A stretch of DNA of 64,000 bases from a virus, in the IMG/VR virus record IMGVR_UViG_3300027889_000001; one strand, given 5' to 3'. Under the pieces are notes generated by a model, which did no database searches, was not told the DNA's origin, and was given only the letters and a program-made list of their open reading frames with translations. The position numbers and the translations under genes are program-made. Shown here piece by piece: positions 52,207 through 61,233 of the stretch. Position 1 is the stretch's first letter. The number at the start of each line of letters is the position of its first letter.

Positions 52207-52434
52207 ATGGCATTAGGTCATGTTCTTTTCATCCTGCTGGCGATCCTGTTTATCGCCTGTGTCTTCGGCCTGCTGTGGTGGGGATTCTCGCGTATTTGGC
52301 CTCTGATCCCGCTTCCCGAACCAATCAAGACCATCCTGTACGTGCTGCTTGTGGTTATTGTAGGGCTTATCCTGCTTTATGCAGCCTACGATATTTTCAC
52401 GGGCGCGTCGGGTTGCTTGGGTCTGCGCTGCTAA
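52207..52434 (+). CDS. small membrane protein (two TM helices)
   Basis: 75 aa with an AAGGAG RBS. Last gene of the late operon. Confidence 0.55.
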   Translation: MALGHVLFILLAILFIACVFGLLWWGFSRIWPLIPLPEPIKTILYVLLVVIVGLILLYAAYDIFTGASGCLGLRC

Positions 52435-52598
52435 AAAGGCACTTGCGTTCTGCCCAAAGGTATGGTTTGGTTTCCCTACTGTGATGTAGAGTTTAACGAA
52501 TGCGCCCGTATTGGCGTCAACGTAAACAGCAGGAGACCCACAATGCGGCGGACGTTCAAAACCGCCTGATCTAACACAAACATACAGCCTTCGCTCGA

Positions 52599-52634
52599 AG
52601 CCCCGCCGGTTATGCCGCGCGGGGCTTTTTGTTT
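52599..52634 (+). terminator. intrinsic terminator of the late operon
   Basis: Stem AGCCCCGC/GCGGGGCT (52599-52606 / 52619-52626) with an inner 3-bp extension, followed by TTTTTGTTTG. It lies at the convergence with the RtcB gene. Confidence 0.75.
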
Positions 52635-52635
52635 G

Positions 52636-53862
52636 TTAGCCCTTCACGTTCACAACTTGACGCAGTCGGTGTACGATTTCCACAAGATCGGTCTGCGCGG
52701 CCATCACGTCACCGATTGGTTTGTAGGCGGCAGGACTTTCGTCGATCACGTCGGCATCAAGTCGCGCCTCGATGCCCTTCATGGCTTCCGCATGTTGCTC
52801 AAGGGTGATGGCTTTCTTTGCTGCGCCGCGCGACATTGACCGACCGGCCCCGTGCGAACAGGACTGAAACGATTCCTTGTTGCCTTTGCCGCGAATGACG
52901 AAACTGCCGGTCCCCATTGAGCCGGGGATAATGCCTAAATCGCCTTCGCGCGCTCGAACCGCACCCTTGCGTGTCACGATCACGTTTTGGCTGAAATGGT
53001 TCTCTAGCGCGACGTAGTTGTGATGGCAATTCACGGCTTCGGTCGTGATGGTAACGTCGCGGCCAAGTGCTTTTGTAGTGGCTTCTCGAACCGCTTCCAT
53101 CATCAGACATCGATTGGCAAGTGCATACTCCTGCGCCCAATCGACGGCTTCGACGTAATCCTTGAAGTCCTCCGTTCCGGCTGGAAGGTAGGAAAGCTCG
53201 GCGTCCGGCAGTGTGACGAAATACCGGCGCATGTGCTCTTTCGCACGCTCTATGAAATACCGCCCAATTTGATTGCCAACACCACGCGACCCCGAATGCA
53301 GCATGAACCAAACCACTTCGCTTTCATCAATACAAATTTCAATGAAATGATTTCCAGTACCAAGTGTCCCAAGGTGGCGCTGGTAGCGCGCGCCCCATCG
53401 CGCTAACATGGGGTGTTTTGCTCCTATGGAGGCAAAGCCTTCGTTCATTCGTTCGTTGTTCTTCACAAACGCTTCGATGCGTGGTGAAAGATCGTGCCAT
53501 GATCCACGATCATTCTCACCACCATTGTCGGTTCGGCCATGCGGGACAGCAGCTTCGATAGCAAGCCGAACACCATGCAAATTGTCTGGTAAATCGCTGG
53601 CGACCAAATTGGTCCGTGCCGCGACCATACCGCAGCCGATATCGACGCCGACCGCTGCCGGAACGATTGCACCCTTGGTCGCGATCACGCTTCCTACGGT
53701 GGCACCCATTCCCCAATGACAGTCAGGCATTACCGCGACGTGTTTGAAAATGAATGGAAGACGCGATACGTTTTCGAGCTGCGCCATCGCCTGAGGCTCG
53801 ACTTGAACACCGTCCGTCCACATTTTGATCGGAGCGGCGCCTTCTGAAATATGTACGTTCAT
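52636..53862 (-). CDS. rtcB: RNA 3-prime-phosphate ligase RtcB
   Basis: Contains PDCHWGMGATVGSV, VGVDIGCGM, GTGNHFIE, HSGSRGVGNQIG, NCHHNY and SCSHGAGR. Start set at ATG 53862 (AAGGAA RBS). Confidence 0.85.
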   Translation of the reverse strand: MNVHISEGAAPIKMWTDGVQVEPQAMAQLENVSRLPFIFKHVAVMPDCHWGMGATVGSVIATKGAIVPAAVGVDIGCGMVAARTNLVASDLPDNLHGVRLAIEAAVPHGRTDNGGENDRGSWHDLSPRIEAFVKNNERMNEGFASIGAKHPMLARWGARYQRHLGTLGTGNHFIEICIDESEVVWFMLHSGSRGVGNQIGRYFIERAKEHMRRYFVTLPDAELSYLPAGTEDFKDYVEAVDWAQEYALANRCLMMEAVREATTKALGRDVTITTEAVNCHHNYVALENHFSQNVIVTRKGAVRAREGDLGIIPGSMGTGSFVIRGKGNKESFQSCSHGAGRSMSRGAAKKAITLEQHAEAMKGIEARLDADVIDESPAAYKPIGDVMAAQTDLVEIVHRLRQVVNVKG

Positions 53863-53875
53863 GGTAGCTGTTCCT

Positions 53876-54079
53876 TTATAGCACAACGTACAAGCCAATA
53901 GCCATCGCCATTAGCAGGCCGAACGCTATTGCGTCAACGCCGATGGTCCACGAAGTAGTGGACCATCGGCGTTGAGCCATTGCATGAGATTGCACCCTTG
54001 GGGCGGTGCCGTCTGCCACCCTAAGACGAAGCTCTTCCAGCTTCGTCTTAGGGCGATTGTCGTTTAGGTCGTTTCGCAT
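53876..54079 (-). CDS. small protein with C-terminal TM helix
   Basis: 67 aa with an AAAGG RBS. Ends 13 nt before the rtcB start. Confidence 0.45.
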   Translation of the reverse strand: MRNDLNDNRPKTKLEELRLRVADGTAPRVQSHAMAQRRWSTTSWTIGVDAIAFGLLMAMAIGLYVVL

Positions 54080-54320
54080 CAAGATCGCCTTTCGTGGTTG
54101 CGCCTTCCGGCGGAGGTGAGTTAAGTAAGCGGTGCAAGTCTTTCATGGCTGCTCCCATGTTCTCATAATGGTCTTTGACAGCATATGCAACATAGTTATG
54201 CATCAAGCGCAAGTAGACTTTCCATTTGGCAGATGAACGATTGAAACAAATCTCTGCTACTTTGACCGCGCCAATGTAGATATGATATTCGCGTGGCTTT
54301 TCAGTACGAAGCGTTGACAT
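54048..54320 (-). CDS. hypothetical protein
   Basis: Start at ATG 54320 (TAATG overlap with the upstream stop). Confidence 0.5.
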   Translation of the reverse strand: MSTLRTEKPREYHIYIGAVKVAEICFNRSSAKWKVYLRLMHNYVAYAVKDHYENMGAAMKDLHRLLNSPPPEGATTKGDLDAKRPKRQSP

Positions 54321-55372
54321 TACCCACATGTTTCACCTGCATTAAGCCGCTTGATGATTTCTTCTGCCACGCGCACCCAACGGCCGTTATAGCCACCGGG
54401 CTCATCGAATACGGCGTCGTCCTTCGCATCCAGAACAATGTGGTCGTCAACGACGCGCCAGGGGGTGGGATGGGCTTCGAATAATGACTTCGTTGGAACG
54501 CGAACGCGGTCGTCATGCCGCCCCCACCAGCCGTAAACGCCGGAACTAATGCCTTTCGGCCGGCGGTCCATAGCGCGCCGGAAGGCTCGTGATGGCTCCG
54601 TCCAGTTATCGAACGTCAGCCCATGCTCCCACATTTCATCGCCTGCGGTTAGTACATCATAGACAAGGCGTTCATCGTCGCATGTCAGCACATGCCGGGC
54701 AATAGCATCGCGCGCATAGAAATCGTATTTGAGTGTTCGATCTTCTGTTAGTTCCATATAGGAACAAACGTTGTACGTGCGTACCGTTGGTTTATGAAGT
54801 TCTGCTACTTTGAGGCCGCGCCAGTACAGGTATTTGGATCGGTCGGGAAATACCTGCACGTTCTGGTCGGCTTCGCGGACAGCGCCGGGCAGGAAGATAT
54901 CGGCACGCTTTTCCCATGCTTCAACCATTTCTGGATGCTCGATAACGATCAACGTCTTACCATCGGCGCCTTCAAGTGGCGCGTCGGTGGCAAGCGTTGT
55001 TCCGCTTTCGTCGCGCGTGTTGGCTTCCAGTTCCCGGAATGCCTGCCACATTTTCCAGTTGCGGCCATAGGAAGTTGTATACGGTAGATCGGTGTAGCGG
55101 GCTTTCAACAGGTTGAACCGTTCGCAGCGTATGCGCAACCCTTCAAACGATTGTCCCCTGAACTCTGCCAACTTCTTCTGGAATGTGTACTTATCGCGGC
55201 CGATCCATACAACCGGCTCTGCGCCAAGCCGTACCAGCACGGCCATTGCATATTTGAGCCCGGTTCCGAAGTAACCAATCGGATTGGCCGTTTGTGGCTT
55301 TACGCTCACGCCCATCATGGTGAAGGCGCGCAGGTCTATTAGTCCCGGCGTAGCGAATACGATTGCGGTCAT
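54320..55372 (-). CDS. unknown 350-aa protein with Hsp90/GHKL-like motifs in non-canonical order
   Basis: GYFGTGLKYAMAVLV (aa 33-47) resembles the G2 box, and FRELEANTRDE (aa 112-122) resembles the N box. Their order is reversed relative to GHKL ATPases, so no family call is made. Confidence 0.6.
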   Translation of the reverse strand: MTAIVFATPGLIDLRAFTMMGVSVKPQTANPIGYFGTGLKYAMAVLVRLGAEPVVWIGRDKYTFQKKLAEFRGQSFEGLRIRCERFNLLKARYTDLPYTTSYGRNWKMWQAFRELEANTRDESGTTLATDAPLEGADGKTLIVIEHPEMVEAWEKRADIFLPGAVREADQNVQVFPDRSKYLYWRGLKVAELHKPTVRTYNVCSYMELTEDRTLKYDFYARDAIARHVLTCDDERLVYDVLTAGDEMWEHGLTFDNWTEPSRAFRRAMDRRPKGISSGVYGWWGRHDDRVRVPTKSLFEAHPTPWRVVDDHIVLDAKDDAVFDEPGGYNGRWVRVAEEIIKRLNAGETCG

Positions 55373-55671
55373 GATGAATACTCTTCAACTTTAGCAACTA
55401 AATCAGCAACCGCGTCCATGAACTCATTAGCCCTGTGCGCTGTTGAATGAAGTGCAATATCATACGACTTTTTTAGAAGCTTCAACATTTCTGGAGCGAC
55501 ACTAATCAGTTTTGCGTCTGCGCGGTCTCGTTCGGTAAGCGTGCGTATACAGACAATTGTTCTATTCCCTTCTTTGATGTAGTGTGGGTCGAAATCACCG
55601 TTTTTTCGATGCGTGCTCGCATTTGGGCGCTCAAGACGCCACGGTCTCGGCGTATAGTTCATCTTTGTCAT
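55369..55671 (-). CDS. hypothetical protein, Ead/Ea22-like motif
   Basis: Contains PRPWRLE...RADAKLISVAPEMLKLL. ATGA overlaps at both ends. Confidence 0.6.
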   Translation of the reverse strand: MTKMNYTPRPWRLERPNASTHRKNGDFDPHYIKEGNRTIVCIRTLTERDRADAKLISVAPEMLKLLKKSYDIALHSTAHRANEFMDAVADLVAKVEEYSS

Positions 55672-55859
55672 TTGATTCTCCTTAGTTCCCTGGCTGCTGC
55701 AAAATGTTTCTCAGCTTCAGCGAGCAAGACAGCGGGGTTGCGGACGCGCCCGGATTTGGCGGCGATCTCGTAATCGCGGCCAAGGCTCTCATGCTTTTCC
55801 GCGCGGACTTGCGCTTCGCTGCGGTAGGGCCGGGCTGTGATTTCTTCGAGGGTGTTCAT
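55668..55859 (-). CDS. hypothetical protein
   Basis: 63 aa with ATGA overlaps. Confidence 0.5.
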   Translation of the reverse strand: MNTLEEITARPYRSEAQVRAEKHESLGRDYEIAAKSGRVRNPAVLLAEAEKHFAAARELRRIK

Positions 55860-56047
55860 GGGTGGAATAACCTTTTGCCTTTCTTGAGCCGCTTCGCGAG
55901 CTTTCCGCCCTTATGAGGACGATGTTTTCGTGGGCGCCGTTTGCCGCCAATATCCACGCATCTTTGCAGGTTTGGTCGCGTGGCTTCGACAGGTCCACTG
56001 CCAAGTAACAACGCCGCAACCGCAGCCATTCCAAGTTCACGTCTCAT
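55856..56047 (-). CDS. small basic protein with hydrophobic N-terminus
   Basis: Chosen over the overlapping frame 55789-56040 because of its start/stop coupling at both ends. Confidence 0.4.
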   Translation of the reverse strand: MRRELGMAAVAALLLGSGPVEATRPNLQRCVDIGGKRRPRKHRPHKGGKLAKRLKKGKRLFHP

Positions 56048-56244
56048 CACGCTTTCTCCTCTATGACCCGTCGCATTTTGGACATTGCTGTTTGCCGGCG
56101 GGACTCGGCAATATCGAGCATGGCGAACGCCATGCGGCGTTTGTGCCGGCCTTTGCAGGTAGCAAAATGAATCGCTGCCGCAACATAGGTGGCGTCCGCC
56201 AAGCGATAAGCGTCCTGCGCGGAGCGTAATTCATCCGTGTTCAT
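56047..56244 (-). CDS. hypothetical protein
   Basis: Start at ATG 56244 (MNTDELRSAQ...). Confidence 0.45.
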   Translation of the reverse strand: MNTDELRSAQDAYRLADATYVAAAIHFATCKGRHKRRMAFAMLDIAESRRQTAMSKMRRVIEEKA

Positions 56245-56665
56245 GTTTGCGCATCGCTTCTTCAAGCGCCTCCCGCGAATCGAATTCCTGGCCCTCCAGC
56301 CGGGCTACCGCCGGCCGCCATCGATAGGGCACGCGCCAAAGTACAATCTCCGCTAATTTCCAACGGCGTGTTCCGGCTGCGAATTTCCTGTCCATCCCCG
56401 CTTGTATACAACGAGCGGCAATGAATGTGGAATAGGTTGTTGCGTGGCGAAGCTCCAAAACAACCGGATCGCCTTTCTCCATCGGATCGCATCTAACACC
56501 ATCTTCTTTCCTACGATCAGACACCGAATTAGATTTCGTTTCATAAATCAGATAATCAACCGGCGTTAACGTAACAAACAGTGGCGGGCTCTTCGCGAAC
56601 GCTATGGCGCGGTCGGTGGCTTTGGTCGTGTCGACCTCCTCTGCTGAAACAGGATGCCAATCCAA
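56231..56665 (-). CDS. hypothetical protein
   Basis: 144 aa. TTG is the only start that gives the full ORF, so the start is uncertain. Confidence 0.45.
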   Translation of the reverse strand: MDWHPVSAEEVDTTKATDRAIAFAKSPPLFVTLTPVDYLIYETKSNSVSDRRKEDGVRCDPMEKGDPVVLELRHATTYSTFIAARCIQAGMDRKFAAGTRRWKLAEIVLWRVPYRWRPAVARLEGQEFDSREALEEAMRKHEHG

Positions 56666-56768
56666 CCTCGTGCGTGCTCGTCCCGGCGAACCGCATCAAG
56701 CACGATTTCACCTGCTTTGCATGGTGAATGCCCAGCCTTGGTAAGCAATTTGTAAATCCGATGGTATT

Positions 56769-58286
56769 TCATTGTGCCCGCTCCTCAGTGATAAAGATCA
56801 GTTCATCCAGCGTCCGCGTGAACGCTACATATTGGAGGTTTGTCTCCTGCATTTGCTGCCACTCCTGCCGTGCCCACTTGGACGGCATAAGGTCCGGCCG
56901 CAGGATGGCTACGCGCCGCCACTCGCGCCCCTTGGCTTTGTGCGCGGTTGAAAGCGTCAGCACGCCATTGGCGTCTGAAAACATGCCTTCCAACTTGGTG
57001 ATCAGCTTGGGGATCGTGCGCTCGGTTTCGGAAAGCGCGCCGATAACCGCTTCGATAGATGCTACACGGTCGTTGACCGTTTCGGCCTTACCCTCTTCTC
57101 CCCGCGCGGTAAACTTTGCTACTTCGCGGTCGCGCCAGCGCGCCAACTTGCTCTCAAGATTCTCGATACCCTTCGCCCGCTGTTTCTTTATCAATGAAAC
57201 AAGCCCGGCACCTATGTCCTTGCCGAGTACCGCGCAGCCAACCCCCCTGGCTATCAGCGCAAAAGCCGTAGTGATCAGGGGGGCTGTGTTGCGGCATAGG
57301 ATGGCGTCGTGGGTGTCGAGCTTGGTCGTGGCTTCGCTCAGCGTCAGGTAGGATATCGTGCCTTGCGCGGCGTTGGGGGCGGTTTCAAAACAAGGCACGT
57401 TGCTTCGCACCATCTCACCTACCGATGTTGGGCAACGGTAGGACACGGTTAGCGGCAGCTCGGTGCAGTTGAACTCCGCGCGGATCAAATCCATCGCGTC
57501 GTGGCTGGCGCCCGTGAAGCCATATATGGCTTGCCGGTCGTCGCCTACCGCCATGAGCCTACCGCCCGGTTTCAGGGCCAGCTTGGCAATGGCGCGGCGG
57601 ACGGGGTTGGTGTCCTGCGCCTCGTCAACAAATACCCAATCGTTCTGCCACAGCCGCAGGCGCCATAGTAGCGGGAGGTAGAGCATATCGTCGAAATCGA
57701 TATCACCTTCGCGCGCCGCTTCGTTGGATCGACGCAACAGGACGCGCGCCATTTCGATTGCCTGCTCTTCGTCGGCGTCTTCCGATTCGAGGTATAGATC
57801 ATGGTGGGCAATGAGGTCGGCCCACTTGCCACCGTCGAAAGCTACCAGCGCGCCAACGCCTTCGCCTTTGGCAAAGGCAACTAATTTGCAAACGAAATCG
57901 GCATATAGGTCGAAATCTACATCACCGACCGTTTCGCGCAGGATGCGGCGCAGCTTGCCGGTATCGAGTCTCAGGTCGCGGCGATTCAGCTTTTTGCGGA
58001 TCGCGTTGAAGCCTACCGAGTGGAACGTGCTGGCGCGGACTTTGCTCAAATCCACGTCCGGGATTTGCGCCAGTGCCGCCATGACCGTGGTCGTCTTGCC
58101 GCTGCCGGCAACCGCCTTGACAATGGCGCTGCCTTTGCCTTCACGTATCCAGTTCAGGATGTTTGCTTGGTACACCGACGGCGCGGCGATCTTGAGCGAC
58201 CGTTCGCCACTGGCTGCTGCGTTGAGCCGCGCGCCAAGTTCTTTGGCTATGGCGCTGTTGAAAGCGAAGAGTTGGATGGAGGTCAT
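56769..58286 (-). CDS. UvrD/Rep/PcrA-type superfamily 1 DNA helicase
   Basis: Contains KAVAGSGKTTTV (Walker A), TFHSVG, VFVDEAQD, AVGDDRQAIYGFTGA, TAHKAKGREW and YVAFTR. Confidence 0.8.
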   Translation of the reverse strand: MTSIQLFAFNSAIAKELGARLNAAASGERSLKIAAPSVYQANILNWIREGKGSAIVKAVAGSGKTTTVMAALAQIPDVDLSKVRASTFHSVGFNAIRKKLNRRDLRLDTGKLRRILRETVGDVDFDLYADFVCKLVAFAKGEGVGALVAFDGGKWADLIAHHDLYLESEDADEEQAIEMARVLLRRSNEAAREGDIDFDDMLYLPLLWRLRLWQNDWVFVDEAQDTNPVRRAIAKLALKPGGRLMAVGDDRQAIYGFTGASHDAMDLIRAEFNCTELPLTVSYRCPTSVGEMVRSNVPCFETAPNAAQGTISYLTLSEATTKLDTHDAILCRNTAPLITTAFALIARGVGCAVLGKDIGAGLVSLIKKQRAKGIENLESKLARWRDREVAKFTARGEEGKAETVNDRVASIEAVIGALSETERTIPKLITKLEGMFSDANGVLTLSTAHKAKGREWRRVAILRPDLMPSKWARQEWQQMQETNLQYVAFTRTLDELIFITEERAQ

Positions 58287-58450
58287 GCTGACCTCGCAAA
58301 CAGTTTTTCAGCGGCTGACCGGGCTCGTTCAAACTGTGTGGGGGTTCGCATTGGGTTCTCCGGTGGCGCTGTATCAGATATCTTCGTCATCGCATCTCTC
58401 CCGTGTTGACAATCGCAACCTAAAGAGCCTTTGGGCAAAAGTAAAGCCCC

Positions 58451-58813
58451 TTATCCCATCTTTTCGAGCCAAAAGGCAATTATTTTTTCGTTCCCTTCCC
58501 GTTCCATCTTGTGCACCGTGGGCCGCGAAACGCCTAGCGCCGTCGCAACGCCGCCTAACCCAAGGCCGCTGCGGCGGCGGGCAAGGGCTAGGAATTCGGG
58601 CAAGCCCGGCTTGGCGCGGGCCAGCGGCCCTAGCCACATGGGACAGGGGCCTTGATCGGTTTCCGCCCGCCACAGCCCCCCCCGACTCAAGCCTAGCGCC
58701 TTGGCCGCGTCTGCGACGCGCATTCCGGCTTTCTGGCGCCTGCACCACAGACATTCGCCGGGCGTCCGTGGCTCTAACTGCTCTATTTGTTTCTGCACAA
58801 CCATTCCAACCAC
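58451..58813 (-). CDS. HTH DNA-binding protein (two HTH-like segments)
   Basis: Contains MRVADAAKALGLSRGGLWRAE and LGGVATALGVSRPTVHKME. The start is GTG 58813 or ATG 58804. Confidence 0.6.
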   Translation of the reverse strand: MVGMVVQKQIEQLEPRTPGECLWCRRQKAGMRVADAAKALGLSRGGLWRAETDQGPCPMWLGPLARAKPGLPEFLALARRRSGLGLGGVATALGVSRPTVHKMEREGNEKIIAFWLEKMG

Positions 58814-59226
58814 CTTCCTGCTTGAATCCCTTCCGTCTTCAATGCCGCATTACCTAATAGCTCGTTCCTTGGTATACCATCCGCTAACCGTTTGAAAAGC
58901 CAAGGGGGTAGGAAGAGGAATGTTTCGCGTTCGATGCGCAACAAAGTAGTAGCCCGACCCCCGGCGCTTTCCCACGATTCCTGCCATAAGGCTTGAGTTC
59001 GCACCCTTTCTGCGCACTCAAGCCGAACGGGTGTATCCGGCCGCTTGGGCCACGCGTCCAAACGCTTCAACTCCACCAGCCCCTGACATGTTTTGCCACG
59101 GTGCCAAAGCGCGTACAAAACATCCGGCGTTCCCGGATCGGCGCTGTTCTCCAGACGGCATAACCGCCCGAACGGGTGTAGCGTGCGGTGGAGTGTTGCC
59201 CATAGGCCGTGTTCTTTCGTGCTCAT
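58783..59226 (-). CDS. PD-(D/E)XK nuclease (VRR-NUC-like)
   Basis: Start at ATG 59226 (ATGA overlap). Contains GTPDVLYAL...GLVELKR. Confidence 0.45.
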   Translation of the reverse strand: MSTKEHGLWATLHRTLHPFGRLCRLENSADPGTPDVLYALWHRGKTCQGLVELKRLDAWPKRPDTPVRLECAERVRTQALWQESWESAGGRATTLLRIERETFLFLPPWLFKRLADGIPRNELLGNAALKTEGIQAGRWLEWLCRNK

Positions 59227-60089
59227 TGGTTCATCGCCAAGATCGCATTGCCAATCATTTCCGGGATTTGCGGGACGACGGCGTTGCCGAGGCAGCACAA
59301 TCGGTCCACGTTAATGGAAACCCCATCAGCCACTCGACAAATATCGGGTTCGGAACTCCAGTAATCTGCTCCATACAAACCAAAGCATCTTCCAATCGGT
59401 GGTGTGTTGTTCGTCCATCCATTACTAACTTCTCGGCTGCTGTTTTTGGGTTTCTTGATCCGCGTCTTGCTGCCCGAGGTGTTGGTAATATTCCAAGGCT
59501 TTTCGCGATTGCCCACCCCAACTTGTTCGGAGTTTGGCGCCCGTCGCCGCTGCAAGTCAAATTCAGATCGTTCGTCAATGGGCTGGCTTGCGGGGTAGGC
59601 AATAATCCAGATTCGGTCCCGCCTGTGAGGGGCACCAACGGCGGAAGCCGGTATGCAGTGCCATTCCGCATCATACCGGAGCGCGGCCAAGTCTCCGAGA
59701 ACGCGGTCAAGTCCTCTAGCAAGCAGGGCTGAAACGTTTTCCACGATTGCGTAGTCCGGTCGTAGTTCGCCAATGAGACGGGAATACTCCGACCATAAAC
59801 CGCTGCGTGCGCCCGTAATGCCTTCGCCGCGTCCCGCGCAACTGATATCCTGGCAGGGAAATCCTCCGCAGATAACGTTTGGAACAATCCCGGCTCGTCC
59901 AAGATGTTTCGCCGTGAGCGTTTTGACATCTTCATAGCACGGAACCTTGGGCCAATGTTTCTTCAGCACGCGTCGGCAAAACGGATCAATTTCACAAAAA
60001 GCAACTGTCTTAAAGCCCCCTGTTCTTTCAAGTCCAAGGCTGAAACCTCCGATACCGCTGAACAGGTCAAGAACATTATACTTATACAC
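59223..60089 (-). CDS. dcm: DNA (cytosine-5)-methyltransferase
   Basis: Contains DLFSGIGGFSLG (motif I), GGFPCQDIS (IV), IVENV (VI), PHRRDRIWI (VIII) and GNAVVPQI (X). Confidence 0.85.
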   Translation of the reverse strand: MYKYNVLDLFSGIGGFSLGLERTGGFKTVAFCEIDPFCRRVLKKHWPKVPCYEDVKTLTAKHLGRAGIVPNVICGGFPCQDISCAGRGEGITGARSGLWSEYSRLIGELRPDYAIVENVSALLARGLDRVLGDLAALRYDAEWHCIPASAVGAPHRRDRIWIIAYPASQPIDERSEFDLQRRRAPNSEQVGVGNREKPWNITNTSGSKTRIKKPKNSSREVSNGWTNNTPPIGRCFGLYGADYWSSEPDICRVADGVSINVDRLCCLGNAVVPQIPEMIGNAILAMNQ

Positions 60090-60469
60090 TATTGACCCGC
60101 CGCCTTAAACAAAGCTTCCTTCTGCGCTACCGTAAGTCTGTTCGAACGGTCCCATTGTTCGCGCAGGCTGGCAATGAAATCGGCAAAGCTGCCGCGCGGG
60201 TCGCTTTCTTCGATGGCCTCGAAAGCATTATTGATTCGTTCGGCTTCCGGATCGGCCCTGCGAAGTGTTTGTGATGGTTGATGCTGCGCCATTTCTACAG
60301 GTGATTCCACCTTTATCAACCTATCGAAAGCACTATTCCAATCGTAAGCGTGCGCGCGCAACAGGGCGTTGGCCTTCCGCAAGGCGCCCAACGCCTCTTC
60401 GTCGTTGTCGCTGAGTGTTAGCTGCATTAGTTTGCGAAGCTTGCGAAACGAGTCTACAGACATTGCCAT
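60089..60469 (-). CDS. hypothetical protein (DUF2786-like N-terminus)
   Basis: Contains KLRKLMQLTLSDNDEEALGALRKANALL. Confidence 0.5.
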   Translation of the reverse strand: MAMSVDSFRKLRKLMQLTLSDNDEEALGALRKANALLRAHAYDWNSAFDRLIKVESPVEMAQHQPSQTLRRADPEAERINNAFEAIEESDPRGSFADFIASLREQWDRSNRLTVAQKEALFKAAGQ

Positions 60470-60472
60470 GGA

Positions 60473-60652
60473 TTAAGTCCAATAAATAATAATGATGGCG
60501 GCAAGCAAGCTCACGGGACCGCAGAACATGCCTACGATGTACCATGCGGCGGCTTCAAGCGGCAATAAGGTAGGGAACTCTAATCGTTCTATCGCGATGA
60601 CACTCCCTAACAAACCAGATAGAAGCCAGGTAAAGATCATTATAACTAACAT
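60473..60652 (-). CDS. small membrane protein (59 aa)
   Basis: Start moved to ATG 60652 (MLVIMIFTWLLSGLLGSVIA...). The upstream part of the track ORF is R/C/P-rich and overlaps the exonuclease gene. Confidence 0.5.
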   Translation of the reverse strand: MLVIMIFTWLLSGLLGSVIAIERLEFPTLLPLEAAAWYIVGMFCGPVSLLAAIIIIYWT

Positions 60653-61233
60653 CGGTTCTCCCTTTCCAGCAAGGCGCGGTGAACACGCATACAAGCCCTT
60701 GCATCGGCAAGGGCGCCGTGGGCACCGGCAAAACCTTCGCCGCAGAAGAACTGGTGGGCTTCCGCAAGGTTGGGAGGCTTCCACTTATCGAAACCAGCCG
60801 CTTTCATGCGTGCCGTTGGCGGCAGGTTCATAATAGGACCGGCAGCGCGCATACAACAGAACGTTCGCGGTCCCGGCTTGGGCTCGCGCTTCAACTTGGC
60901 CGCTTGTGCCGCCATGACCAAATCGTCGAAATCCGCATTGAACGCCACAACCCCTTGTGCTACCGCGCGCATGTTGTAAAAGACGCTCAGTACCGTTACC
61001 AGTGGCAAGCCTATGGCTAGTGCAATTTCGGTCGTTATGCCGTGAACCTTGGCCGCTTGTTCTGGAATCTTGTAGCTCTCCGGCTTTACGATCAGGCTAG
61101 CAATCTGTACTTCATTGCCAGCATCATCTGCCAGGATCGCACCTAGTTGAACAAGGTGCGGCTGCGCTGCGTGGTCAGGGGGTAGCGTTGGCTGAACGAA
61201 CCCAGATGTCTCTGTGTCGTAGTAGAGAATCAT
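60646..61233 (-). CDS. DEDD-family 3-prime to 5-prime exonuclease (DnaQ-like)
   Basis: Contains YYDTETSGF (Exo I), AFNADFD (Exo II) and HGALADARA (Exo III). Confidence 0.75.
   Translation of the reverse strand: MILYYDTETSGFVQPTLPPDHAAQPHLVQLGAILADDAGNEVQIASLIVKPESYKIPEQAAKVHGITTEIALAIGLPLVTVLSVFYNMRAVAQGVVAFNADFDDLVMAAQAAKLKREPKPGPRTFCCMRAAGPIMNLPPTARMKAAGFDKWKPPNLAEAHQFFCGEGFAGAHGALADARACMRVHRALLERENRC

Noticed and set aside
52435-52598. A tRNA, sRNA or 8-codon ORF (ATG 52543, MRRTFKTA) in the gap after the last late gene.
   Set aside because: No tRNA T-loop or acceptor features are visible. The mini-ORF has an AGGAGA upstream but is too short to support. The gap is left as a 3-prime UTR before the terminator.
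57724-58857. Plus-strand 377-aa ORF.
   Set aside because: It is antisense to the UvrD-like helicase and the HTH gene. The sequence is S/R/A/P-rich and low-complexity with no RBS.
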